Part shown: positions 40,970-51,186 of the stretch, piece by piece
How positions within the stretch are numbered: position 1 is the first letter of the stretch
Layout: each line of letters opens with the position of its first letter
NCBI GenBank assembly: GCA_039630575.1
Contig: JBCNUW010000002.1
Location: 76,668-140,667 of the forward strand
Source of the DNA: Candidatus Hydrothermales bacterium
GTDB taxonomy: Bacteria; Hydrothermota; Hydrothermia; Hydrothermales; JAJRUZ01
Direction of reading: 5' to 3'
Length of the DNA stretch: 64,000 bases
Translations under genes and position numbers: made by a program
The notes under the pieces: model-generated
What the model saw: only the letters and a program-made list of their open reading frames with translations
Told to the model about the DNA's origin: nothing
Database searches by the model: none

Positions 40970-41579
40970 CATAATTACTTTTTTTCTATTATCGATTAGC
41001 CCAATTAGAGGTGCTCTTTTATCTTTAATTGTTCCTGGTCTTGGACTTAGGCAAATGGGCGAAGATAGGTTGTTTTTAAGTATGGTAGCTGGAGAATTGA
41101 CGCTATTTTCTTTCTACATTTATGATTTTAAAACTAAAGGAGAAATAAGAGAAAGTTACAAGAAATTTGCCTATGAAAATGCTTCAGCTTTCCCTGGAAC
41201 CGATGATGAAAGGTATTGGAGTGCTGTTGAAAATTATTATAGTTATGAATTCTATTACGAATATCTTTTAAGAGAAGCAAGATCTTTGTATCCTGATGAA
41301 CCTTTAAGGTGGGAAAATTATGCTAATGCCAATTCTGTTGCATACAAATGGGCTTGGAAAGATACAACTTCATGGGATGCATTTCTGCATAAAAGAGAAA
41401 AAGAAAGAAGAATAGAATCGAGAATGAAAATTCTTCAGGGATTTGTAATTACCTACCACTTATTTTCTGCGATATACACTTTTGTCTATATTAAGAAAAA
41501 GAAAATAAACTTTCAAATAGAGGGAGAAATCGAGCCATCACAAGATAAGGCCTACCTAAAATTTACTTTCAAGTTCTAA
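40962..41579 (+). CDS. Hypothetical membrane/periplasmic protein
   Basis: N-terminal hydrophobic segment [29 protein letters not shown]. No known motif. Start chosen at the Met overlapping the gyrA stop by 8 nt instead of the longer ORF-track start. Confidence 0.4.
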   Translation: MFNIITFFLLSISPIRGALLSLIVPGLGLRQMGEDRLFLSMVAGELTLFSFYIYDFKTKGEIRESYKKFAYENASAFPGTDDERYWSAVENYYSYEFYYEYLLREARSLYPDEPLRWENYANANSVAYKWAWKDTTSWDAFLHKREKERRIESRMKILQGFVITYHLFSAIYTFVYIKKKKINFQIEGEIEPSQDKAYLKFTFKF

Positions 41580-41583
41580 AGAT

Positions 41584-42129
41584 TTGTATTACATAAAAAG
41601 GGAAGAATGGTTAAAAAAAAGTATAACAGAAAGGATAAAGAATGTTAATATAAAACCTATTGTTATCATTCACCATACAGCAACACCAAAAAAGGAATAT
41701 CAGGGGGATATCAATTATTTAGATAGGATTCACAGAGAGAAAGGTTTCATAATGATCGGTTATCATTTTATTATAGCTCCTGATGGTAAAGTATTTGAAG
41801 GAAGAAAGATTAACGAGGAGGGAGCTCATACAAAGAGGTTTAACAGCTTTTTAGGAATTGCATTAATTGGAAACTTTGAGGAAGAGGAAATGGAAAAAAG
41901 GCAGTTATTTTCCCTATTAAATTTTATGAGTTATTTAGAAAAGATTTTTTTTATAAATAAATTTTCTTTTCACTTTATGCTGAATGAAAAAACTTTATGT
42001 GGAAAAAAAATTTTTGACAAGTTAGTGAAAAATAGAAATAAAAGAGTGTTTAAATTTCCAGATGATTTGTTTTATAATTTAATAGGTTCAAATCCATTTA
42101 CAGAAGATTTTAGTAAAAGGAGGGACTAA
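41584..42129 (+). CDS. N-acetylmuramoyl-L-alanine amidase (Amidase_2/PGRP fold)
   Basis: IVIIHHTATP, GYHFIIAPDGKVFEGR and EGAHTKRFNSFLGIALIGNF match the zinc-binding His/Cys region of AmpD/AmiD-type amidases. Confidence 0.7.
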   Translation: MYYIKREEWLKKSITERIKNVNIKPIVIIHHTATPKKEYQGDINYLDRIHREKGFIMIGYHFIIAPDGKVFEGRKINEEGAHTKRFNSFLGIALIGNFEEEEMEKRQLFSLLNFMSYLEKIFFINKFSFHFMLNEKTLCGKKIFDKLVKNRNKRVFKFPDDLFYNLIGSNPFTEDFSKRRD

Positions 42130-42130
42130 T

Positions 42131-43066
42131 ATGAAGGAAAAAGTATTCATAATAGGAGCAGGCTATGTTGGAGCTGAGTGTGCAAATGATTTAGCACTTA
42201 AGGACTTCTGTGATATAGTTTTGATTGACATTCTTGAGGGGATCCCTCAGGGTAAATCTCTTGATATGACCCATTCAAACCCTATCAGGTATGTATCACC
42301 AAATATAAGGGGTCAAAATAGTTACGATGGAATAGAAGAAGCAAAAGTAGTTGTTATAACAGCAGGAGTTCCAAGAAAGCCCGGAATGACAAGAGAAGAA
42401 TTACTTGATATCAATTTTAATATTGTTAAAAGTGTTACAGAGGAAATAAAAAAAAGAAATAAAAAAGCAATATTAATAGTAGTTACAAATCCACTTGATG
42501 CAATGACCTACGCAGCTTATAGAATTTCTGGGTTTGAAAGGGAAAGAGTGATAGGAATGGCTGGTGTTCTTGATTCAACAAGGTTTAGAGCTTTCATTGC
42601 TATGGAACTTGGAGTTGCCTATGAAGATGTTTCTGCAATAACACTTGGGACACATGGTGATTTAATGGTTCCTCTACCAAGGTATGCAACAGTAGGAGGA
42701 ATACCTGTGAGTCATTTAATACCTAAAGAAAAATTGGATTCAATCGTTGATAGAACAAGAAAAGCTGGAACTGAAATTGTATCTCTTTTAAAAACAGGTA
42801 GTGCTTATTATGGTCCTGGAACCTCAACAGCTATAATGGTTGAATCAATAATCAAAGATAAAAAAAGAGTACTTTCAGCATCAGTTCTTTTAAAAGGAGA
42901 ATATGGTATTAATGATATTTTTGTTGGAGTTCCTGTAATTTTAGGAGAAAAAGGAGTTGAAAAGGTTATTGAAATGAAACTTGAACCAGAGGAACTTGAA
43001 GCTCTTAAAAAATCTGCAGAACATGTTAAAAAAATGCAGGAAGAAATTGATGCTAAATTGAAATAG
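42131..43066 (+). CDS. mdh: Malate dehydrogenase (LDH-like MDH)
   Basis: IIGAGYVGAECA Rossmann motif. AGVPRKPGMTREELL. VVTNPLDAMTY. LGTHGDLMVP. AAGGAGG RBS. Confidence 0.85.
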   Translation: MKEKVFIIGAGYVGAECANDLALKDFCDIVLIDILEGIPQGKSLDMTHSNPIRYVSPNIRGQNSYDGIEEAKVVVITAGVPRKPGMTREELLDINFNIVKSVTEEIKKRNKKAILIVVTNPLDAMTYAAYRISGFERERVIGMAGVLDSTRFRAFIAMELGVAYEDVSAITLGTHGDLMVPLPRYATVGGIPVSHLIPKEKLDSIVDRTRKAGTEIVSLLKTGSAYYGPGTSTAIMVESIIKDKKRVLSASVLLKGEYGINDIFVGVPVILGEKGVEKVIEMKLEPEELEALKKSAEHVKKMQEEIDAKLK

Positions 43067-43170
43067 CTTTAAAAACTTAAAAAGGGGGTAAATTAAATTT
43101 TCAGCTAAAATCTAGAAGATTAACTTTTTTATAAGCATTCTTGAATTTATCTTATATAATTAATTTCTGC

Positions 43171-43347
43171 CTATTTAAACTTAAAGAGAAGTCCAAAAGG
43201 TATTAGCACCAGATAACCTAAAACAAGAAATATTACCGAAAATGTTTTATCTCCAAACCAGAGAAATATAAATCCTATTAAGGCAGAGATTATACCTAAA
43301 ATGATAAGAATGTAATTTTCTTTTTTATAAGGTAATGTATTTTTCAT
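43171..43347 (-). CDS. Small two-TM membrane protein (58 aa), not in the ORF track
   Basis: Minus-strand ORF MKNTLPYKKENYILIILGIISALIGFIFLWFGDKTFSVIFLVLGYLVLIPFGLLFKFK. Lies 33 nt downstream of the LpoA-like gene. Confidence 0.3.
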   Translation of the reverse strand: MKNTLPYKKENYILIILGIISALIGFIFLWFGDKTFSVIFLVLGYLVLIPFGLLFKFK

Positions 43348-43379
43348 TTATTTATTTTAAGCAAAAAATAGTTAATTTA

Positions 43380-45005
43380 TCAAAATTCAATAGGTTCAAA
43401 TTTTTTTCCTTTAATTTTATAAAACTTTATATTTTCTATACTTTTTCCAAAGAGGTAAAATTTGAAAGATCCTTTAAAATATGTTAAATTTTTTAAAAAA
43501 TTTATTAAAGCGAATGATCCTGTTATGTTTTTTTCAAGGGTATAATTTAAAATGCTTCCAATATCGTAGCCAATATAGGCAGTTTCACTTGGGTAATCAC
43601 CATATTTTGATTTAAATTCAAGAATAAACTTTTCAGATACCGAATTATCCCATATTCCGGCACTGGCAAAAATTACCCTTTCTTCAACATATCTATTAGA
43701 TTTGATGGCAAAATCTTCTGTTGTAAACTTTCCAGTTGTCAATATTTTTGACTTTAATCCCTTAAAAACAATCTGAGAAGAAAGAGAGAGAAGTGACTCT
43801 TCTGTTCCTGATGGGAAAACAATAACATCAGGTCCAAGTGTATCCTGAAAAAAATTAATAATTTGATCAATTTTACTCTGAAAATCGAGTGAATCAATTG
43901 AAAAAAAAAGATAAAAGACTTTATTCCTTTTCTCAAATAAGTCTATTAATAAAGAAGTAATACTCTCCCCTTCTTCAGTAATGGGCAAAAGAGCACATAT
44001 TTTATTTATATTGTTAGGAATAATATACCTTTCTATAATCGCTTTTATCTCAAGATAAAGTGAATTTGAAAGAGTTATTATATTTTCACCGTATTCACAG
44101 GCTCTTATATAAGAAAGTGCAGGAACTATAAATACTTTATCCCTTTTTTTTGCAAAATAAGGAAGAGCCAAATAAAAACTTTTGCTCAAAAGAGGCCCTA
44201 TCAGAATCTTAAAATCATAATTATAACCAATATGATCTTCGAGTAGTTTATATGTATATAATGGATCCTCTCTTGTATCAAAAACATTATAGTTTTTGTA
44301 TTTAAAGGATAGTTCAAAACCTCTTAAAAATTCTTTTCCCAATAAACTGTCTGGTCCAGATAGGGGAAGATATATAAAAATTTCTTTTAATGTTCTCGAC
44401 TTAAAAAAAGGATCCAATCTTTTTTTTGTGTAAATTTCTTCAATTTCTTTAGTTTTTTCATGTTCAGGAACCTCTTCTTTCAAAATTTCAAAAATTTCTT
44501 CTTGAGCCTTTACATCTCCCTCTTGTCTTGCCTTTTCAAAGGCTATAAAAAGGATATTTGGATAAATTTCAAGATCTTTAAGCTTACTAATATTTTTTAA
44601 TATTTCTCTGAGGGACAATTTTTTCGAAAGTTCAAGGATTTTATTCTCAGCTTCCTTAAAATAAGGAGAATCTCTAAATTTTAAAATAGCTAAATAACTT
44701 TCGAAGGCTCTCACTAAAAAATTAATTTTTTCATAACTTTTTGCAAGCATATATAGAACTTGCACTCTATACTCGCTCTCATGGTAATTACTAAGGAATA
44801 TATTAGAATAAACAATTACAGAATCACTTTTTTCAAGAGAATATAAAACATAGATAAAAAGATAATCAATCTTTTCACTCTTTTCACCTTTTCTAATCAA
44901 ATTTCTTATTTCTTTTTCTGCTTCTTTCATTCTATTTGCCTTGATCAAATCAATAATTTTAAACTCACTTTGATTTAAAAGTAATAACAATAAAAAAGGT
45001 ATCAT
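43380..45005 (-). CDS. LpoA/LppC-like protein: N-terminal TPR-like helical domain + C-terminal periplasmic-binding-protein type I-like domain
   Basis: Signal-like N-terminus. Helical TPR-like repeats in aa 20-200. C-terminal ~330 aa has a LivJ-like alpha/beta pattern (inferred from architecture, not a sharp motif). Confidence 0.35.
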   Translation of the reverse strand: MIPFLLLLLLNQSEFKIIDLIKANRMKEAEKEIRNLIRKGEKSEKIDYLFIYVLYSLEKSDSVIVYSNIFLSNYHESEYRVQVLYMLAKSYEKINFLVRAFESYLAILKFRDSPYFKEAENKILELSKKLSLREILKNISKLKDLEIYPNILFIAFEKARQEGDVKAQEEIFEILKEEVPEHEKTKEIEEIYTKKRLDPFFKSRTLKEIFIYLPLSGPDSLLGKEFLRGFELSFKYKNYNVFDTREDPLYTYKLLEDHIGYNYDFKILIGPLLSKSFYLALPYFAKKRDKVFIVPALSYIRACEYGENIITLSNSLYLEIKAIIERYIIPNNINKICALLPITEEGESITSLLIDLFEKRNKVFYLFFSIDSLDFQSKIDQIINFFQDTLGPDVIVFPSGTEESLLSLSSQIVFKGLKSKILTTGKFTTEDFAIKSNRYVEERVIFASAGIWDNSVSEKFILEFKSKYGDYPSETAYIGYDIGSILNYTLEKNITGSFALINFLKNLTYFKGSFKFYLFGKSIENIKFYKIKGKKFEPIEF

Positions 45006-45016
45006 TTAAATTAAAA

Positions 45017-45047
45017 GCCCCTCCCAAGAAGAAATAAAGGGAGGGGC
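45017..45047 (-). terminator. Rho-independent terminator (9-bp GC stem) after the BNR/T9SS gene
   Basis: GCCCCTCCC-aagaagaaataaa-GGGAGGGGC is a perfect 9-bp stem. On the minus-strand transcript the stem is followed by TTTTAATTT. Confidence 0.7.
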
Positions 45048-45078
45048 CTTTTATAAATCTCTAAACTTCTGCTATTTT

Positions 45079-46803
45079 CTATTCAGTAACAACAAGTTTT
45101 AAATTACCCTGGATATCTCCCTTATATTTCAAGAAGTATATTCCAGATTTGAGGTTAGAAACCTTTATTTCGTTATTTCCTTCTTTAACGGATACGGTTT
45201 TAGATGTAATTCTCTTTCCTGATACATCAAAAATATCAAATACCATTTTTCCATTTAAAGGTGATACAAATCTGATAGCTCCTTTATCAAAAACATTTCC
45301 ATTAAAGGTTAGCTTGTTCAAAACTAATTTATCCTTTGAGCTTTCGAAAATACTCGTAACTGGAATATAACCTGTTAAAATATAAGTAGGTACTGTTCCG
45401 CCAAGTGCATAAGTGTTATAATGAATATCAAGTCCCGCATTTGCACCATCCCATGCTCTTGGAACATTGAAGAGAAGCCATAATTTATAATCATTTGAAG
45501 GAGTAAATACATGCTTTATTGTGTGAACTTTATGTTCAATCTTATCATCTGTAGGTTGATTTGCCTCGTCTCTTGTAATGTTATATGGCGCAGACCAAGT
45601 AGCTCCACCATCAAGTGAATATTTTACATAGACATCAGTCCACCCATACCTACGATTAGGAACATAATCAATTGTATGGTATGCAACATAAGTAACGAAG
45701 AGTATGTTGCGAACATGATCAATTGTAAGTTCAATATTTGCAAAAAATGTTAAATCATCAGGGTCTATAATTGTATAGGTTGCTGTAGGTGTAACAAGAT
45801 AAGCACCATTCCCAGAGACAAATGTATCAGTCCCAAAAACTATCGGATTTGTAAAGTAACATGTAGTTGTCAAAAGTGCCATAGGTGTTGTTGAATTAAG
45901 AAGGGCAAAATCCCAGTAATTTACATACCAAAGATAATCAACAATATAATCTATTCCTTGAAATCTAAAAGTATCAACTGGGACATTAAAATAAAGGGGA
46001 ATACTTGTCCATGTAGCTCCATCGTCATTAGATACTTTAACAGTATCTGGTCCTACAAGAGCTGCAAGTGTCCCACCCAAATAATCCATTAGCCATACAT
46101 CTCCAGGGTGGTTTGGGAAAAGTGTAGCTGGAGGGTCAGGATCAATAAAAGCAAGTCTCCACCACCAATGAGTGAAGTAGTTATTATCTTGACCTACAAG
46201 AAAATTAACAAAATTTCCCATATCGTTTGAGGCATTTCCAAAACTCCTATATCCTACAAATCCAGGAGTCTGAATGAAGTAGGTATAAATATTTCCTTGT
46301 GGTAAAGCACCATCAGATGGAACTGTAGAAATAGCACCTTCATAAGGTGTTCTAACTGTAGAGTATGTTAGAATAAAAGTGTCACTGTTACCCATCCATG
46401 GACCTACATTCGGATATCTTCCGGCTCCATCTATATTGTATGGCCATATTCTTGTCCAAGTGTTCCCACCATCTTGAGAAAAAACAAGAGCTAAACGTCC
46501 TGTTCCAGGATAAGCAGGGTTATCAGATAATCTTCTATAAGTGAAAAATACACAGGATTGATCAGGTGATGTATTTATTGGTTTTGGTGCTGTATACAAA
46601 GTTGAATACTGATTGGGCATAGTATCTATATAAGCAATAGGTATTGTAGGATACGTCGGAAGTGCGGAAGGATAGATATCTGAAGTATTTTTAAAATCCT
46701 CCCGATCAATTATTAAATGATCCTTTACAATAGGTCTTATGGTTCCTGCAAACAGAAATCCTACAAGAAAAACAGTCAGTAGTACTTTTTTATTTTTACT
46801 CAT
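45079..46803 (-). CDS. Secreted BNR/Asp-box repeat protein with T9SS C-terminal sorting domain
   Basis: Signal peptide. Asp-boxes SQDGGNTWT, SNDDGATWT, SLDGGATWS. C-terminus ...VFDIFDVSGKRI...SGIYFLKYKGDIQGNLKLVVTE (Por_Secre_tail). Confidence 0.7.
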   Translation of the reverse strand: MSKNKKVLLTVFLVGFLFAGTIRPIVKDHLIIDREDFKNTSDIYPSALPTYPTIPIAYIDTMPNQYSTLYTAPKPINTSPDQSCVFFTYRRLSDNPAYPGTGRLALVFSQDGGNTWTRIWPYNIDGAGRYPNVGPWMGNSDTFILTYSTVRTPYEGAISTVPSDGALPQGNIYTYFIQTPGFVGYRSFGNASNDMGNFVNFLVGQDNNYFTHWWWRLAFIDPDPPATLFPNHPGDVWLMDYLGGTLAALVGPDTVKVSNDDGATWTSIPLYFNVPVDTFRFQGIDYIVDYLWYVNYWDFALLNSTTPMALLTTTCYFTNPIVFGTDTFVSGNGAYLVTPTATYTIIDPDDLTFFANIELTIDHVRNILFVTYVAYHTIDYVPNRRYGWTDVYVKYSLDGGATWSAPYNITRDEANQPTDDKIEHKVHTIKHVFTPSNDYKLWLLFNVPRAWDGANAGLDIHYNTYALGGTVPTYILTGYIPVTSIFESSKDKLVLNKLTFNGNVFDKGAIRFVSPLNGKMVFDIFDVSGKRITSKTVSVKEGNNEIKVSNLKSGIYFLKYKGDIQGNLKLVVTE

Positions 46804-46858
46804 TTAAAACCTCCTTTTTTTTAGGGAATTGAACCCTTCTTTGTTTTTTATATTATAT

Positions 46859-47743
46859 CTAATCATTCATAAGCTCTTCAATCTTTAAAAGAATTTTCAG
46901 ATGTGAAGATGGGTCAAAAGGGTCATCAGGATAATCTATCCAACCTGATAACTTTAACACATCAACTGCATTTGCGTAAAGTCCTTCTTTAAAGTAAACA
47001 TAAGCAGCTGCTCCAAGTATGTTAGTGAATTTAATAAAAGGATAGTGAGGAAAATAGAAAGCCCTACTTCTTTTTGCAAGTGAATAGAGATATTCAGCAG
47101 ACAAAGATCTTTTATCTTGAGCAAGATAAATCAAACCAATCCCTGCCCATGCCCAGAAGAATATATCGTCTGTTGGACTTTGAGGTTTATAATAGGTATA
47201 GTCAATATAAGTTACAGTATCAGGTGGTGTCCCTTTAAAATAAACAAGAGTATCATCAAAATAAATTGGGCTGTGAACATCAGCTGGTGCTTCGATAACA
47301 TTTGCGATCCATACTATATTCCTCTTTTTTGTCTTTATCGCCCAAGTGGCTCCGTAAGGTAAAGACTGTGGCCTTATAACAGTAGCTACTTCCTTAAACC
47401 TTCTCTCGACAAGAGATATTCCGTCAATTGCAAGTATAAGAGAAAAATAAGAAAGAGCCGAAGATAGATCATAATCCTTTTTTGAAATTAAAGTATAACC
47501 TTTACCAAGTAAAGCTTCTCTATCACGTAGATTCAAAGTTATAAGAGAATCAAACCAGAATTCTGCAACATCAAATTCTCCCCTATCATAATAATCCCAA
47601 GCCCTCTGAAGTATAAGATCCCTCGAGGGTTCTGCCTCAAATTCAGGTTCTTCTTTCTTACATGACATAAGAAAATATATTATTGAAAAAAACACAAAAA
47701 GATATTTTATTTTTTTCATTTTCCCCTCCTTATTTTGTATCAA
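46859..47743 (-). CDS. Lipoprotein with TPR-like repeats
   Basis: Signal peptide with lipobox-like LMSC. Helical repeats. Confidence 0.45.
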   Translation of the reverse strand: MIQNKEGKMKKIKYLFVFFSIIYFLMSCKKEEPEFEAEPSRDLILQRAWDYYDRGEFDVAEFWFDSLITLNLRDREALLGKGYTLISKKDYDLSSALSYFSLILAIDGISLVERRFKEVATVIRPQSLPYGATWAIKTKKRNIVWIANVIEAPADVHSPIYFDDTLVYFKGTPPDTVTYIDYTYYKPQSPTDDIFFWAWAGIGLIYLAQDKRSLSAEYLYSLAKRSRAFYFPHYPFIKFTNILGAAAYVYFKEGLYANAVDVLKLSGWIDYPDDPFDPSSHLKILLKIEELMND

Positions 47744-50700
47744 AAACTATAAGCTTTTTCTTTATCACTGAAAAGCCCTTTATATCAGCCTTTATAAAGT
47801 ACACTCCATGTGAAGGAAACATTAAGTTAAACTCATAAATTCCAGGTTCTCTTTCTCCATCAATTATATCATAAACTTTTCTTCCCGTTGAATTATAAAT
47901 TGACAATTTTACATCTGTCTTTATGGGGACATAAAGCAAAACTTTACCCTCATCCCTTTTCAAAAGATGATCTACTTTCAATATTGGATAGCTCTTTACA
48001 CTTCCGCCAGTCCTTACCTGGTAAATACCAAAAGCATTTGTCTCAAATACAAATTTCCCTTCAGATCTCTCTACAAATCCCTCCACAGGAACCCATCCGA
48101 ACTCCTCATCATATCTAAATATTCCTGTTCCCTCAGTCAACAATGAAGGATCAATAATTTCTACAACAAAAGTATGAGCCAACTTTTTACCTCTACTTCC
48201 TACCATGAAAACATCAGATTTTCCCTCCTTTGAACCTGGCACAATAATATCTACAGCCTCTTTGTTAATCTTTGAAAGTGTTAAGAATAAATTATTTACA
48301 TTAGATGGAAACCTCAATTTCACTGAACCATCCGAAGAGGCATATACACCACCTCCTTCAACATAATATGTGGGAACTGGAAGAACAACATCAACTCCGT
48401 TACCAGTTGTATCTTCAACATATGCAGTAAAAGTGTAAATTGTCGATTTCCTTAAAAGTTCTTTTGATGTGGTATAAAAGGCTATAGGAGCAGCACCTGC
48501 CAAGTTGGTAAGATTCTCATCTCGAATTAGAGTTCTTCCTGCCTCAGATATTTTAAGAATTACTCCTTCCTCCCTTGCATCCTTAAAGATTTTTCTTCTG
48601 TTCCACACATATACATCAACAAAATTGTCAATTATTGGATTTTGCAAGACTATCATAATTGGATAAGGAGCTTCAGTATCCCTACCCCTTGCAGTACTGT
48701 AAACTCTTCTTGGATCTTTATTTATTACAACTATTTTTTGCCTTTTAACTGTTTGGTTGTCACAAAGACATATGGAGTAGATATTTTTAGAAGAGTCAAT
48801 AGGGAAAAGTCTGTTAACTTCAATTGTAGTATCAATAATATTACCTTGAGCATCTCTTACAAATACATACCTCACATCATAAACTTCTATATAAGTAATC
48901 CAGTTACCTTGCCTATCGTAATAAGAAGCCTCGTCTGATACACTTAATTTAAGTGTATGTTTTTTAGCATCTGGGTTGTGTCTATAGATTATGTAAGAAA
49001 ATGGTTCCTGTTGTATAAAACCATACCTTTCCAAAACAGTAGCTTCCTCACGTGGAAAAGTATTTATTAATCTAAAGTAGTAATCTTTATTGTCTCCAAA
49101 GACCCTATCTATAGCATTCGCTAAAGCCCAGGAAGTTATGTATGGATTAAATCTCTTCCATGTTCTTGATGTATCATCAAAAAGCTCTCTGATTTTTGTT
49201 AATCCGTATCTTTCTTTTATATATTCAAAAAGTGTAAATACTCTTGCTGTGCTAAATTCATTTGCCTCAGGTTCACCAAGTCCATGATACTTTGAAATAT
49301 TAAACATGTTTACATTTGTTCCTGTCGAATCGTAATATGAAGAAAGATCAAAAAGTCCGGGAACTCCAGTTATCAAAGGATTATTATAAAGAATAGAGTC
49401 TGTCCTTGATTTATAATTAGCAACAAGAAGTGCAGCTAAAGCTTTTCTTACAAGCTTATCCTCGTTAGGTTTTAAAACAAAAAGTCCCCTGTTAACAAAT
49501 TGATAATTAAATACAAACTTCTTTGCTATATCAGTAAGTGAAAGAAAACCACCAACTTTTCCAAGCATTTCAAAACCAACCTTCACATATATGGCATCCT
49601 TTAAATCCTGAAGCGGCTCTGAGTGTTTATCATGAAGGGTAAAAAGTGTAACAGGCATAATATCTGAAGGTGTGTATGGAGGGCTAGCATGATCATCGGG
49701 GGGAGTAACAAGATAAGGATTTATAACAAAATGAATATAAGATTCTGGGTACTCCCTCCCAAAATAGTTTCTAAACATTGACTTAATTTCCTCTAAGTCT
49801 ATATATAAAGTATCAGTAAACAAATTTTTAAAGGAATTCACAAAAGCATTAACAATTTCATCAGCTACATTAACACCTATTAATTTTGAAGATTCTGGAT
49901 TCTGTGGATCATACTTTTCATCAATTCCAGGATTGAAGTTCCAAACATAATTTCCACCACCAATATCCTTTAAATAAAATAGACCAGCCTCACAAGCATA
50001 CCATAACCTGTTATAGACATCAGGCTCAATATCAAAACCATTTAAAGCACCGTAATTTTTAAATACATCTAAACCTTTAGTAAAATGATTACCAAGATCA
50101 TCATATACACCTTCACCTTTAATTACTGCGAAGTAAGTCCCTATACCAGGATAACTACCACTAGGCTTTTCAGTTACCGAGAGAACATTCTTTCCTGAAA
50201 ATGAGGTTATAGGTGTAAAGGTTAAACCGTTATCAACAGAATAGTATGCACCATCAGTTGTTGCAAGATATATCCTTGCACCCGGTACTCCAGTCCCTTT
50301 AAGAGAATTAATTTTATAGTCATTGACCTGTGTCCAACTCGTTCCATCCCATCTAAAAAGACCTGAAGGAGTAACAGCAAGGATAAAAGAACTTGTTGCA
50401 TAAAGAATTTTAACCGAATCGTTCAGATTTCCAACTCTATTCCATTTTAAATAATACTCTAACCTTCTTTTTACTGTATCCCCCCTCATAAAAACAATAG
50501 TATCAAGTTTGCTGAAATAGACTCCTTCAGTTGTTCCTACGTAAACAAAAGTATCAACCTTACCAACCACAAGGGAAACTGATAGAGTCTTAATTGGATT
50601 TTTGACCAATGTGTCAATTAGTGTATTGTAAGGTAAAGTATCATTAATGTTATCCTTGAAAACAAAATTCTCCCTTAGTAATGAATCTAACGTTATGCTG

Positions 50701-51173
50701 TAAATTTTAATTTTTCCATCTGAAGAGACACCATATATTAGCTCAGGAGAAGGTATATACACAGCTCCTGTTCTTCTATAAGATAAAGAAAAATCAACAA
50801 TACCTTCTTCAAGTGGTCTTGAGAAAGCAAGCAAATTTGTATTATCTAAACTTGCAGTTCTGTAAACACCAAAACCGTCTACAAGCAACCATCCATATTT
50901 TCTCTGAGGAAGAGTTCCTGAAATTCTGTTTATCTTAAACTTTTTTACCGGAATTTTGTCATAGGGAGTCCATACACAAAAACGTAACTTCTTTAAATCT
51001 CCTCCTTCTTCGTAAGTAACTGAATCAATGTGTCTTAAAATTATGTTATCTTCATAGAAAGCAAGGGTAATTCCCCATCTTAGAAAAATTTGATTCTTAC
51101 TTTCCCCAGGAGTGTATGAAGCAAAGAGTCCAGAGAGAAAAAGTGTTAATAAAAGAAAAATCTTATTTTTCAT
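47730..51173 (-). CDS. Large secreted protein (1147 aa) with T9SS C-terminal sorting domain
   Basis: Signal peptide. C-terminus ...LSIYNSTGRKVYDIIDGEREPGIYEF...GVYFIKADIKGFSVIKKKLIVFDTK. AGGAGG RBS. Confidence 0.6.
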   Translation of the reverse strand: MKNKIFLLLTLFLSGLFASYTPGESKNQIFLRWGITLAFYEDNIILRHIDSVTYEEGGDLKKLRFCVWTPYDKIPVKKFKINRISGTLPQRKYGWLLVDGFGVYRTASLDNTNLLAFSRPLEEGIVDFSLSYRRTGAVYIPSPELIYGVSSDGKIKIYSITLDSLLRENFVFKDNINDTLPYNTLIDTLVKNPIKTLSVSLVVGKVDTFVYVGTTEGVYFSKLDTIVFMRGDTVKRRLEYYLKWNRVGNLNDSVKILYATSSFILAVTPSGLFRWDGTSWTQVNDYKINSLKGTGVPGARIYLATTDGAYYSVDNGLTFTPITSFSGKNVLSVTEKPSGSYPGIGTYFAVIKGEGVYDDLGNHFTKGLDVFKNYGALNGFDIEPDVYNRLWYACEAGLFYLKDIGGGNYVWNFNPGIDEKYDPQNPESSKLIGVNVADEIVNAFVNSFKNLFTDTLYIDLEEIKSMFRNYFGREYPESYIHFVINPYLVTPPDDHASPPYTPSDIMPVTLFTLHDKHSEPLQDLKDAIYVKVGFEMLGKVGGFLSLTDIAKKFVFNYQFVNRGLFVLKPNEDKLVRKALAALLVANYKSRTDSILYNNPLITGVPGLFDLSSYYDSTGTNVNMFNISKYHGLGEPEANEFSTARVFTLFEYIKERYGLTKIRELFDDTSRTWKRFNPYITSWALANAIDRVFGDNKDYYFRLINTFPREEATVLERYGFIQQEPFSYIIYRHNPDAKKHTLKLSVSDEASYYDRQGNWITYIEVYDVRYVFVRDAQGNIIDTTIEVNRLFPIDSSKNIYSICLCDNQTVKRQKIVVINKDPRRVYSTARGRDTEAPYPIMIVLQNPIIDNFVDVYVWNRRKIFKDAREEGVILKISEAGRTLIRDENLTNLAGAAPIAFYTTSKELLRKSTIYTFTAYVEDTTGNGVDVVLPVPTYYVEGGGVYASSDGSVKLRFPSNVNNLFLTLSKINKEAVDIIVPGSKEGKSDVFMVGSRGKKLAHTFVVEIIDPSLLTEGTGIFRYDEEFGWVPVEGFVERSEGKFVFETNAFGIYQVRTGGSVKSYPILKVDHLLKRDEGKVLLYVPIKTDVKLSIYNSTGRKVYDIIDGEREPGIYEFNLMFPSHGVYFIKADIKGFSVIKKKLIVFDTK

Positions 51174-51186
51174 CTTTTAACCTCCT

